From positions 12,854 to 69,734 of the forward strand of contig CAXTMM010000003.1 of NCBI GenBank assembly GCA_964245415.1: a stretch of DNA of 56,881 nt. The letters are read 5' to 3'. The DNA is from an uncultured Acidobacteriaceae bacterium. GTDB lineage: Bacteria; Acidobacteriota; Terriglobia; Terriglobales; Acidobacteriaceae. The position numbers were made by a program, and so were the translations under genes. Shown here one piece after another: positions 28,543 to 37,838 of this stretch (within the stretch, counting starts at the first letter, position 1; each line of letters begins with the position of its first letter). Under the pieces are notes generated by a model, which searched no databases, was not told where the DNA came from, and saw only the letters and a list, made by a program, of their open reading frames with translations.

Positions 28543-29268
28543 TTAACCCGGCTGAGTCTGTGTTGTCGCGGGCGCCAGTTGGCGCAGTGCGGCGAGTACC
28601 GCCTGGGCCTGGCGGCGCAGCAGGACGAGCGTGGCATCGTTGTCGATGACAAAGTCGCAAAAGGGCGCTTTTTCAGCGTCCGGAATCTGGGCCGCCAGGC
28701 GAGCGCGGGCATCGCGGGCAAGCGCCCGGCGAGTAGTCTCGGTTGCATCCAGGGATGCGGTGCGGGCGATATAGCGGACGATCTTGAGCTCGTCGGGTGC
28801 GGTGACGAGCACCAGACGGTCGAAGCGGCGCACCCAGTTCAGGGCTGTGGTCGCGGTGCTCTTGCTGGGCGCTGCCTCTGCCCCGGGCGCAACTCCCGTG
28901 TCGCGTGCTACTTCAAAAATCAGAGCCGACTCGATAACCGCGATGGCCTCTGGGTCCATGGCTGCCACACGCTGCATCTCCTGCTCCTGCGCGCGGAAGA
29001 CCGCTGGATGCACAATCGCGTTCAGCTCAGTGAGGCGTCCGTGCTCGAAGGCCACCCGGGCAAGCGCGCGCCGGTCAAGCTGTCCATCTGCCGCGAGGAC
29101 GGCTTTGCCGAAGTGGTCGACAATCTGCCGGTATACGGGCTCACCCGGCTGCATGAGCGCACGGCCAAGCTCGTCGGCCGAGAAGACGTGTGCTCCACCC
29201 TCGGCGAAGACCAACGCCACCGCGCTTTTGCCGCTGCTCAGACCGCCCGTGAGTCCTACTCGCAGCAT
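28543..29268 (-). CDS. coaE: Dephospho-CoA kinase
   Basis: VGLTGGLSSGKS, LDRRALA, LNAIVHP and DFVIDN. Confidence 0.95.
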   Translation of the reverse strand: MLRVGLTGGLSSGKSAVALVFAEGGAHVFSADELGRALMQPGEPVYRQIVDHFGKAVLAADGQLDRRALARVAFEHGRLTELNAIVHPAVFRAQEQEMQRVAAMDPEAIAVIESALIFEVARDTGVAPGAEAAPSKSTATTALNWVRRFDRLVLVTAPDELKIVRYIARTASLDATETTRRALARDARARLAAQIPDAEKAPFCDFVIDNDATLVLLRRQAQAVLAALRQLAPATTQTQPG

Positions 29269-29310
29269 CAGCCTCTCATCTTGCCACTTGCAAACCCATA
29301 GTATGGAAGC

Positions 29311-29523
29311 ATGGCGGATACACGATCGGCAGAAGCTTCAATCCAACCTGTTGAGCAGATGTTTGACCTGCTGGCCTGTCCAGCCTGCCTTGAGTCGCTT
29401 CGCCTCGCACCGGCCGGTGTAGTCTGTACCGCCTGCGGGCGCGTTTACCCGGTAGTTGACGCTATTCCAATCCTGCTTGTCGACCGCGCCATCCAGCCTA
29501 ACCATGATGAAAGAATGGAATGA
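29311..29523 (+). CDS. Trm112 (YcaR) family protein
   Basis: LLACPAC...CTACGRVYPVVDAIPILL. Confidence 0.9.
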   Translation: MADTRSAEASIQPVEQMFDLLACPACLESLRLAPAGVVCTACGRVYPVVDAIPILLVDRAIQPNHDERME

Positions 29524-29668
29524 CCAGGCGATAGGCGACCAGACCAGCGAGGACGAAGGCTCCCAGTATCCAGGCCAGCATCGCAGGCCATGACAGGCTC
29601 TTGCGACGAGCGGCCTCAGATCGGATTTGTGCTCCGCCGGACGAGCCGGGCTCCCGCTGTCCCACCAT
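29498..29668 (-). CDS. Small membrane protein (56 aa), absent from the ORF track
   Basis: Hand translation: MVGQREPGSSGGAQIRSEAARRKSLSWPAMLAWILGAFVLAGLVAYRLVIPFFHHG*. One TM helix preceded by basic residues; TAGACT 8 nt upstream of the ATG. Confidence 0.65.
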   Translation of the reverse strand: MVGQREPGSSGGAQIRSEAARRKSLSWPAMLAWILGAFVLAGLVAYRLVIPFFHHG

Positions 29669-29866
29669 ACCTACTCAGTCTACGAGAAGTATAGGGCGTA
29701 CTGCCTGAGCTGCAGAGCGAGTCGGCATCCGGGCTTGTGACGGATAATTAACAAAGCTGTCCTAATCCCGGTCGATTTATGCAAAAGGCGGCAACTCTTA
29801 TCGAGTCTGTGCTTTCCTAGAGGCAGCAGATGAGATTTGCCTAATACTTAGGGGCCGGAGGGCCAG

Positions 29867-30121
29867 TTGCGCAGAAACAGGTGTGTCGAGCAATTCTCGT
29901 CTTCCGAACTGCTGGGACTGCAGTGCGACCTGCAGCAAACCGACGTGGATAGCTGGCAGGCGACGGAGGTGTTGGCAGCGTTCCTCAATGGTCGAGGCTA
30001 CGGAGTGGACGCAGTGCTGGTAAAAGACTCCGTTGTGCGCCTGGAGCTCTCGCTTGACGACTTGGACTCCATGCAGACCGAGCTGCAGAGCGAGCTCGAA
30101 AGAGTCGCGCTTGTCATGTAG
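29867..30121 (+). CDS. Conserved hypothetical protein (84 aa)
   Basis: GGAGG SD before TTG. The DSWQA..L..FL.GRGYG...ELE..ALVM pattern resembles small acidobacterial hypotheticals as I recall them. Confidence 0.75.
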   Translation: MRRNRCVEQFSSSELLGLQCDLQQTDVDSWQATEVLAAFLNGRGYGVDAVLVKDSVVRLELSLDDLDSMQTELQSELERVALVM

Positions 30122-30363
30122 TTGAGCTTTTGCAGCTAGCGGCTTGAATTGACACCAGGCCAACTTTCTGGTTTTCTCCCCCTCAGGCATTATGAGTGGT
30201 GCCAACGATAACTTCTTAAAGGACAAGCTCGTCTAGAGCTTCCCATTTGTCGCCTGAAGAACGTAGGATTGGCGCGGCGCTTGAGCCGTTCAACGCCCGT
30301 GCTTTGGCGGCGCAAGTGCGCTTCGCCTGTCTTTCCACGTAACTGCCAAAGGACCTTACATCT

Positions 30364-32943
30364 ATGGGCTCTCGCTCGTGCTCTCGGTTACTTGCCGCCT
30401 CCTTGCTGATTGGCTCGACAGCCTTGCCGGCCCAGGTACAAGCACCGCACCCGCTTACCCCTGCCGACCAGCAAAAGATCGATATGCTGGTGAAGGGGAT
30501 GACGCTTGACCAGAAGCTTGACTACATCGGCGGTACCGGCTTTGCCGTGCGCGCTGTACCGGCCTTGAACCTGCCGGCGTTCGAGATGTCGGATGGTCCC
30601 TATGGCACGCGCTCAAACGTCGGGTTTCCATCAACTACCTATGCGGCAGGTATCGGCCTGGCTGCCTCGTGGGACCGCGGGCTGGCCGAGCGGGTAGGCG
30701 CAGGCATTGGGCGGGACGCGCGGGCGAGGGGCGTGCATTACATGCTCGGGCCCGGCGTCAATATCTATCGCTCGCCCCGCAATGGTCGCAACTTCGAGTA
30801 TTTTGGCGAAGACCCGTTCCTTTCCGCGAACATGGCGGTCGGCTACATTACCGGGATGCAGCAGCAGGGCGTTAGCGCGACGATCAAGCACTTCCTGGCC
30901 AATAATTCCGAGTTCCTGCGCCATGACTCGGACTCGATTGTCGACGAGCGGGCGCTACGCGAGATCTATCTGCCCGTGTTCGAGGCAGGGGTGAAAAAGG
31001 CGCACGTAGGGGCTGTCATGGATTCCTACAACCTGATCAATGGTTCCCATGCCACGCAGAACGGCTACTTCAACACCGAAATCCTGCGCAAGGAGTGGGG
31101 CTTTTCCGGTGTGCTGATGTCAGACTGGGTCGCGACTTACGACGGTGTTGGAGCAGCCAATGGCGGCCTTGATATCGAGATGCCTACGGGCAAGTATATG
31201 AACAAAGAGAACCTGATGCCGGCGATTAAGGCCGGTACGGTGACTGAGGCGACGATCGACGAAAAGATCCGTCACCTGCTGGCGACGCCGATGGCCTTCG
31301 GCTGGCTCGACCGGCCGCAGACAGACATTATGGTTTCGGACTTTGACGCGCAGAATAGCCAGACTGCGCTTGACGCCGCGCGTGAAGGGCCGGTGCTGCT
31401 CAAGAATGAAGGGCGCCTGTTGCCGCTCGACAAGGCGCAACTGAAGACGGTCCTGGTAGTTGGGCCGGATGCGTGGCCCGGTGTGCCGGTAGGCGGTGGC
31501 AGCGCAGGCGTTGCGCCGTTCTACCTGGTAAGTCCCATGGAAGGACTCACAACGGCGCTCGGCGCATCGGTCAACGTCCTTTACGATCGCGGCCTGCCGA
31601 AGATTAGCGATCTGGCCAATGCGACCACGTTCATGACCGAGGCTGCCGGCGGCACGCCCGGGGTCACCTACGAGACCTTTGCCAACGAAGACCTGTCGGG
31701 GACACCGACCAGCAAAGCGACGGTGAAGCACATCAACACACTCGGCACCAGCTGGGCGAGCTTCGGCGATGATTTTGAAGCCATGATGGATCTCTTTGAA
31801 AACGGCTCGAAGCATGTTTCGCATCGCTACTCCGGCTACTACACGCCTCCGGCAGCAGGCAAGTACATCGTCGTGCTTGAGGATGCGGGCGAGGGTTCGG
31901 GCAACCGCGTGTACCTGGACGGTAAACAGATCATTGATAACTGGAAAGTCGTGCGTGCCTTTCAGCCGCAGCTAACTGTTGAGCTTTCGGCGGGAGCACA
32001 CAAGATTGTTGTGGAGGACACACAGAACAGCGCGATCGGCGGCCACCTGCGGCTCGCTATCGTCGATCCGCTCAAGGTTGTTAATCCGCGCGCAATCGAG
32101 CTGGCTGCCAAGGCTGACGTGGTTGTCGTCGCCGCAGGCTACCAGACCGAGAGCGAAGGTGAGGGTGGTGACCGTACGTTCGCGCTGCCCTATGGACAGG
32201 ATGAACTGATCGAGGCGATGGCTGCCGCAAACAAGAAGACGATCGTCACTATAACATCGGGTGGCAATGTGGACTCGACCGCATGGATCGACAAGGTACC
32301 GGCGCTGCTCGAGAGCTGGTACGGAGGGCAGGCGGGTGGCACGGCGCTGGCCGAGATTCTGCTTGGTGTTACCAATCCCTCTGGTCACCTGCCGGCGACC
32401 TTTGAACGTCGCGCCGAAGATAATCCCACTTACAGTAACTACTATCCCAGGGGTGACTCAAAGAAGGTGACCTACAAGGAAGGTATTTTCGTTGGATACC
32501 GCGGCTACGAGCACAATCATGTCAAGCCGCTATTTCCATTCGGCTTTGGTCTGTCGTATACGACCTTCAAGTTCGCCAATCTCGCTGTAAGTCCAGAGTC
32601 GGCGGGGAGCAATCCGCAGGTGAACGTCTCCTTTGACGTAACTAACACGGGCGATCGGGCCGGAGCAGAAGTGGCGCAGGTGTATGTATCGGAGGAGCAC
32701 CCGAGCGTGCCCCGCCCGAAGCGTGAGTTGAAGGGTTTCGATCGCGTGATGCTCGCGCCCGGGGCAACCAGCCATGTAACCGTTGTGCTGGATGCGCGGT
32801 CGTTTGCCTACTACGACGTGGCCGGCAAGAAGTGGACCATCAAACCGGACAAGTTCGCGATCGAGGTGGGTGACTCGGTCGAGTCGTTGCCGCTAAAGGG
32901 CATGGTCGAACTTACACGTGAGGCCGCAAGCAGCACCTTCTAA
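30364..32943 (+). CDS. GH3 beta-glucosidase with PA14 insertion and FnIII C-domain, exported
   Basis: SDGPYG, GRNFEYFGEDP, KHF, nucleophile MSDW, ESEGGDR, PLFPFGFGLSYT; signal peptide. Confidence 0.95.
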   Translation: MGSRSCSRLLAASLLIGSTALPAQVQAPHPLTPADQQKIDMLVKGMTLDQKLDYIGGTGFAVRAVPALNLPAFEMSDGPYGTRSNVGFPSTTYAAGIGLAASWDRGLAERVGAGIGRDARARGVHYMLGPGVNIYRSPRNGRNFEYFGEDPFLSANMAVGYITGMQQQGVSATIKHFLANNSEFLRHDSDSIVDERALREIYLPVFEAGVKKAHVGAVMDSYNLINGSHATQNGYFNTEILRKEWGFSGVLMSDWVATYDGVGAANGGLDIEMPTGKYMNKENLMPAIKAGTVTEATIDEKIRHLLATPMAFGWLDRPQTDIMVSDFDAQNSQTALDAAREGPVLLKNEGRLLPLDKAQLKTVLVVGPDAWPGVPVGGGSAGVAPFYLVSPMEGLTTALGASVNVLYDRGLPKISDLANATTFMTEAAGGTPGVTYETFANEDLSGTPTSKATVKHINTLGTSWASFGDDFEAMMDLFENGSKHVSHRYSGYYTPPAAGKYIVVLEDAGEGSGNRVYLDGKQIIDNWKVVRAFQPQLTVELSAGAHKIVVEDTQNSAIGGHLRLAIVDPLKVVNPRAIELAAKADVVVVAAGYQTESEGEGGDRTFALPYGQDELIEAMAAANKKTIVTITSGGNVDSTAWIDKVPALLESWYGGQAGGTALAEILLGVTNPSGHLPATFERRAEDNPTYSNYYPRGDSKKVTYKEGIFVGYRGYEHNHVKPLFPFGFGLSYTTFKFANLAVSPESAGSNPQVNVSFDVTNTGDRAGAEVAQVYVSEEHPSVPRPKRELKGFDRVMLAPGATSHVTVVLDARSFAYYDVAGKKWTIKPDKFAIEVGDSVESLPLKGMVELTREAASSTF

Positions 32944-32982
32944 AAGCTTGCTTTTACAGGCTGTAAGTGAGTGCTCGATCCC

Positions 32983-33024
32983 AGAAACCCTGCGTTGCGT
33001 TCTGCGAGTGTCGGGTTTCTTTTT
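32983..33024 (+). terminator. Probable terminator after the GH3 gene
   Basis: AGAAACCC...GGGTTTCT stem followed by TTTT. Confidence 0.55.
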
Positions 33025-33192
33025 GCCCTTTAGCATGAACAAACGCGGCTCGCTACATCAATATTCACGGGCGGTGAGCAGAGTAAACGTGGCATTAACA
33101 TAGGCAACGTAGAAACCTCCTACGGGACAATCGCAGGCCAGATGTGCGCCGTAAACCGGGCGAGCAGAGGATGCGCTTACCGCGGGAGAGAT

Positions 33193-35262
33193 ATGACGAT
33201 GGAATACGCGCTCTTGAAGAAAGCGTGTGCTGTGTTGGCCATCAGCGCACTTCTGCAGCCTATGTATGGCGTGGCTCAACAGGTCAAGCCTATTTCACCC
33301 AGTGAGCGGGACGAGAAGAAGTTAGTCGTAGCTGCACCGCGCTCAAGTGATGCCGTCGCGCAGTATGCCTATAAGCTCGAGGACGCGCCGACACTTACCC
33401 ACGATGAAAAACTTGCGCTCATCAAGAAGAAGATCAAGTACGTATTTGTTCTATTCCAGGAGAACCGCTCGTTCGACTTTTACTTCGGCACCTATCCCGG
33501 AGCGAATGGCCTGTTCTCGCAGGCGGCCGCCGCAACGCCCGGGTTTAACCAGCCGCTCGTGAACACGGACGGTAGCGTCGGCAAGATTTCGCCCTTTAAA
33601 ATCCCGCAGAGCGTAACTGACATACACGGAAACACGGTTCCGCTGTATCCGGAAGATACGGATTCGGTCAACCACTCGCACAGCGGCATCGACGCCAAGC
33701 TGGACCTGGATGCGAGTCATGTAGCGCAGAATGACCGCTACGCGTTTACCGAGGAAGGGCTTACAGGCAAGCTGAGTGCTGACGGCACCACTTACACCGG
33801 CCCCCTGCCGACCGAGCAGCAGAAGCAGATGGGTGAACTGGTGGTAGGCCATGTGGACTGCGATACGGCGCCATTCCTGTGGAATTACGCCGACCGCTTT
33901 ACATTGTTCGATAACTTCTTCGACACAGTAATTGGACCGTCGACGCCGAACGCCCTGGCAATGATCGCAGGCCAGTCCGGCGTTACACAGTGGGTCGAAC
34001 ATCCTGAGTTGTCGAGCGCGGTTCTTACAACCAGTCAGCAACTGCCTGTGACTGCAGATCCGCAGCCTTTTTGGGGCTCGGCGCTCGACATCTTCACACC
34101 TCCGGGCCAGAAGCAGCCGGTCGACGGCGGCACCGACATCAGCACCAATCCGGCGGCGAATCTTACCTTTGCAACGCTGCCGCTCTCCTTTATGGGCAAT
34201 CAGATCCAGACCATTACGCAGGGCGATGCCGACCCTGTCATGGACCTGATGGACGTGCAGGAAGATATTACAAAGATTGCCGGCGATGGCAATCAGCCCG
34301 TGAACTGGGGCTGGTTCCAGGAGGGCTACGACCACGAAGTTACCGACCCTGCCGGAAAAGCAACCTACGCCGATTACATCGCGCATCACAATGCGCCGCA
34401 ATACTTTGGTTACATCGCGAACAATCCCGCTGAAAGCAAGGCGCATATGGCGGGGCTCAGTGACTTCTATTACGTGATGTTTAACAACGCGCTGCCTTCT
34501 TCCGGCGTGGCCTATGTGCGCGGCGGCTACGGCAACCTGGACGGGCTGGTACCGCGCTCGCCGAGTCCGGCGGTCAAAGCTGCCTTCATGGGCAACGACG
34601 ATCACCCGGGATACTCGGACGCGCAGATCTCGGAGTCGCTGCTTGCGGACTCTATTAACACAATTGCCCAGAGCAAGTACTGGCCGGAAAGCGTCATCAT
34701 CATCACCTATGACGAGACAGATGGGCTCTTTGACCACGCGCAACCGGTCATTCGCTCGTTTGATCCACTGGGCGCGGCGCTTGACCAGGGCCCGCGTATT
34801 CCTGCCATCGTCATCTCGCCTTACGGAAAAGTGCATGCTGTATCGCACGAGGCAACCGAGCACGGCTCGATCATCAAGTTTATCGACGAGCTGTTCAATC
34901 TGACACCGCTCGCCGATCTGCCGGATGAAGCGGCCGCCCGTACCAAGGGCGAGTCGGTTTACGGTCAAAAGGACCTTGGGCCATCGGATGATAAGACTGC
35001 TGGCGTGGGCGATCTGCTGACCGCGTTCGACAATGCCCGCTTGATGGGAACTGCACCGATACTGCCAGCCTCGTTTGCCGAGATCCCGGAAAGCATAGTA
35101 ACCACGTTGCCCCACGCAAATGCCCAGGGTTGCCGTGTACTGCAGATCACGCCAACCGACACAGTCAACGGAATGGTGATCGATCCGGCTCCGACCGACT
35201 TCAATCCTCGGCCGAACACAAACAAGGGTCTGCCCACTTCTGGTAGCTGGCCTTCTAACTAA
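33193..35262 (+). CDS. Exported phosphoesterase (phospholipase C / AcpA acid phosphatase family)
   Basis: IKYVFVLFQENRSFDFYFGTYPG, GPSTPN, DDHPG, ITYDETDG, GPRIPAIVISP; signal peptide. Confidence 0.92.
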   Translation: MTMEYALLKKACAVLAISALLQPMYGVAQQVKPISPSERDEKKLVVAAPRSSDAVAQYAYKLEDAPTLTHDEKLALIKKKIKYVFVLFQENRSFDFYFGTYPGANGLFSQAAAATPGFNQPLVNTDGSVGKISPFKIPQSVTDIHGNTVPLYPEDTDSVNHSHSGIDAKLDLDASHVAQNDRYAFTEEGLTGKLSADGTTYTGPLPTEQQKQMGELVVGHVDCDTAPFLWNYADRFTLFDNFFDTVIGPSTPNALAMIAGQSGVTQWVEHPELSSAVLTTSQQLPVTADPQPFWGSALDIFTPPGQKQPVDGGTDISTNPAANLTFATLPLSFMGNQIQTITQGDADPVMDLMDVQEDITKIAGDGNQPVNWGWFQEGYDHEVTDPAGKATYADYIAHHNAPQYFGYIANNPAESKAHMAGLSDFYYVMFNNALPSSGVAYVRGGYGNLDGLVPRSPSPAVKAAFMGNDDHPGYSDAQISESLLADSINTIAQSKYWPESVIIITYDETDGLFDHAQPVIRSFDPLGAALDQGPRIPAIVISPYGKVHAVSHEATEHGSIIKFIDELFNLTPLADLPDEAAARTKGESVYGQKDLGPSDDKTAGVGDLLTAFDNARLMGTAPILPASFAEIPESIVTTLPHANAQGCRVLQITPTDTVNGMVIDPAPTDFNPRPNTNKGLPTSGSWPSN

Positions 35263-35282
35263 GTTGCCATACAAGCAAACGA

Positions 35283-35315
35283 GCGGCTGGACTCACTGTC
35301 CAGCCGCCTTTTTTT
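35283..35315 (+). terminator. Rho-independent terminator after the phosphoesterase gene
   Basis: GCGGCTGGAC-tcact-GTCCAGCCGC followed by CTTTTTTT. Confidence 0.88.
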
Positions 35316-35335
35316 CGAGAGGGTACTTGTTAGAG

Positions 35336-36355
35336 ATGCATAGGCTTTTGACTTACCTCTGTGTCACGCTTTGCTATGTAACAGCTGCTGTTGCTTACGC
35401 TGGACCGACGCTTGATAAAGTGCGCCTCGCCGACAGCCTGACTTGCGGAGTCAACTTTGAGGAGGCCGAGTATTCCATAGCCGATGCGCACGGCAATCAC
35501 TCGCTCTTTGATCTGGATCTCTGCAAGGCAGTTGCCGTGGCAGTGCTGGGGCCGGGCGCCAAGTTCACCGTGGTTCCTTATCGGGCAGAGAAAGATGCGC
35601 TTGCGGGGCTGAGTGCGGGCAAGGTCGCGCTAGTGGCTACAGCCTCGACGAACCTGCTCAACGCTGCCAACACCGGCCTCGGGTATGCGCGGCCCATCTT
35701 TTATGACTACCAGGGCTTTCTTGTGAACACGGCGATGGGCATCAAGACGGCGCAAGACCTGGCAGGAAAGAAAACCTGTTTTCTTGGCGATACGGAGATA
35801 CAGGCGCAACTGCAGGGCTACATGGATCGCGAGAAGATGAAGTGGCTTCCGTTCCCTTTCTCTGAAGAAGGTGAGATGGAGGCGGCATTGATTACGGGCA
35901 ACTGCGCGGCGATTAGCGCTGACGTCTCACAGCTGGCTTACGAGCGGATTGCCTTTAAAGGGGCGGCGCGCAACTTTGCGATACTGCCTGACGTGGTGGC
36001 GCATGACCCGTTGGCGCCAGCCTATCGCTTGGACGATGCGCAGTGGGCGGCGATTGTGAACTGGGTTGTCGAGGCTCTCATTCGTGCTGAGGAGAGCGGG
36101 ATCACTCGAGCAAATGTTGCGGCGATGAAATCTTCACAGGACCCGGTAGTGATGCGACTGCTCGGCACCCAGCGCGGGTATGGCCAGTATCTAGGGCTTG
36201 AGGATGCATGGGCTGCCCACGTGATTGAGGCGGTGGGAAATTACGGCGAGATGTTCGATCGGGATCTCGGGGCGACCTCGGTGATGAAGCTGGACCGGGG
36301 GGCAAACCAACTGCTTGGCAAGGGTGGGTTAATGTATAGCTCGGCTTGGCGGTAA
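35336..36355 (+). CDS. Amino-acid ABC transporter substrate-binding protein (AapJ/BztA-like)
   Basis: LTCGV, DLDLCKAVAVAV, FYDYQGF, VGNYGEMFDRDLG and GGLMYS; signal peptide. Confidence 0.88.
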   Translation: MHRLLTYLCVTLCYVTAAVAYAGPTLDKVRLADSLTCGVNFEEAEYSIADAHGNHSLFDLDLCKAVAVAVLGPGAKFTVVPYRAEKDALAGLSAGKVALVATASTNLLNAANTGLGYARPIFYDYQGFLVNTAMGIKTAQDLAGKKTCFLGDTEIQAQLQGYMDREKMKWLPFPFSEEGEMEAALITGNCAAISADVSQLAYERIAFKGAARNFAILPDVVAHDPLAPAYRLDDAQWAAIVNWVVEALIRAEESGITRANVAAMKSSQDPVVMRLLGTQRGYGQYLGLEDAWAAHVIEAVGNYGEMFDRDLGATSVMKLDRGANQLLGKGGLMYSSAWR

Positions 36356-36375
36356 GTCACCCAAGCCGGCGAGAT

Positions 36376-37737
36376 CTAACGAGCTAAGGACTCAAGTGCG
36401 TCGCAGGCAGCACGCAAGCCTTCTTCGGCGGCGATCATGCTTGCAGCAGCAGCTGCCTGCTCGCTGTAAGACAGAGTGTTCAGCAGCAATGCGATGAGGC
36501 GCGCGGCGCGTTCTTCCTGGTAGTGCCGGCGCTCGATTGTTTTCGCTACACCCAGCCGACGCATGCGGCGGGCATTGTCGGGCTGGTCGTGGCTGTAGGG
36601 CATGATCAGCATGGGCTTGCCCGCGCGCAGAGCCTGGGCGGTCGTGCCGACGCCGCCCTGATGCACAATCAATGCCGCTCTCGGGAAGAGTGTCGAAAAT
36701 GGGGCGTAGGCGGTGGTAAATATATCCTGCGATAAGTGGGCGTGCGGGTAGTTCGAAGCATTGGCGCCTACGAGCAGCACAGCGCGGCAGCCAAGCCGCT
36801 CAGCAGCGCGAGCGCTCTGCTCGTAGAAGTCGCCAGCGTCAAGCACCGCAGCCGTGCCGAGAGTGAAAACGAGCGGCGGTGGGCCAGCCGCGAGGAATGC
36901 CTCAAGATCGTCGTCGAGCCCAGGAGCAGGCGACGCCGCATCGCTGCCTGAGGCGCCATCGTAGAAGACGAAACCGGTGGTGAGCGTGGAGCGGGGCCAG
37001 TCGGGCTGACGCTTGCCAAGAGCGCTAGAAAAGAGCGCGAGCACCAGCTCCGGCGAATGTTTCGCGTCAAAGAGCGGACTGAGGCCGGGCTTGAGATCCA
37101 GCTCGCGGCGCAGCGCATAGACTGGCGCGCACCAGGAGCGCGTGACCCAGCGGGCGAAAGGGCGAACCAGGTGGCCGGTGCCCGGGATGAAGGTCTGCGC
37201 GCGCGCGAGCATTGGATAGGGTGGCAGCACGGGCGGGTCCCAGGCGGAAAAAAATGAGAACGGCGCGAGCACGTAGGACGCCCAGCGAATGCCGGTGACC
37301 TCGGCAACGAGCGGGCCTGCGTAGGCGAGCTCGCCTGAGAGCAGCATGTCGGCGCCACCATCAGCCGTGACAGCTGCAAGCAGGTCTTCGTAGCTCGCGC
37401 GCAGCGCAGGAAAGAGAAACTCGCGCAGACCTCGCTCTGTGCCTCGTTTGCGGTCGTAGATCATCGCCGCGAGCGCCTTGTTGGAGGGGTCCTGGTCAGG
37501 GCGCATAGGCGCGAAGCCGAGTCCAAGCGGTATGACCTTGGCGCGAAACATCTCAGGCGCGGCGAGTATGGCCTGATGCCCGCGCTGCTTGAGTTCAAGC
37601 GCAAGGCCGATCAGCGGGTTCACGTCGCCGAAGGTGCCGAAGGTGGCGAGAACTATGCGCATCTGGCGCCGCCTGCGATGTGGCGCCATTGTTGCGACGG
37701 CAATCGCCGATCCTTCGATTTCCATCCAAGCAAGCAA
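36376..37737 (-). CDS. GT1 family glycosyltransferase (RhlB / sterol-flavonoid UGT-like)
   Basis: GTFGDVNP, VFTLGT, HQGGVGTTAQAL and HDQPDNA. True start may be 37689 or 37662. Confidence 0.9.
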   Translation of the reverse strand: MLAWMEIEGSAIAVATMAPHRRRRQMRIVLATFGTFGDVNPLIGLALELKQRGHQAILAAPEMFRAKVIPLGLGFAPMRPDQDPSNKALAAMIYDRKRGTERGLREFLFPALRASYEDLLAAVTADGGADMLLSGELAYAGPLVAEVTGIRWASYVLAPFSFFSAWDPPVLPPYPMLARAQTFIPGTGHLVRPFARWVTRSWCAPVYALRRELDLKPGLSPLFDAKHSPELVLALFSSALGKRQPDWPRSTLTTGFVFYDGASGSDAASPAPGLDDDLEAFLAAGPPPLVFTLGTAAVLDAGDFYEQSARAAERLGCRAVLLVGANASNYPHAHLSQDIFTTAYAPFSTLFPRAALIVHQGGVGTTAQALRAGKPMLIMPYSHDQPDNARRMRRLGVAKTIERRHYQEERAARLIALLLNTLSYSEQAAAAASMIAAEEGLRAACDALESLAR

Positions 37738-37838
37738 AGACTGCTCGCTCGGATCCCGGATTTGCTCAGGATGACACCTTTCCTGAGGCGCAGCCCTTGT
37801 TCGTTGACTCGACCGATGGATAGACGCACGGCATCACT

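Noticed and set aside
27607-29301. 564-aa plus-strand ORF
   Set aside because: Spans the antisense strand of htrA and coaE; composition typical of a shadow ORF.
33451-35274. 607-aa minus-strand ORF
   Set aside because: In-register antisense of the phosphoesterase gene; no domain motifs.
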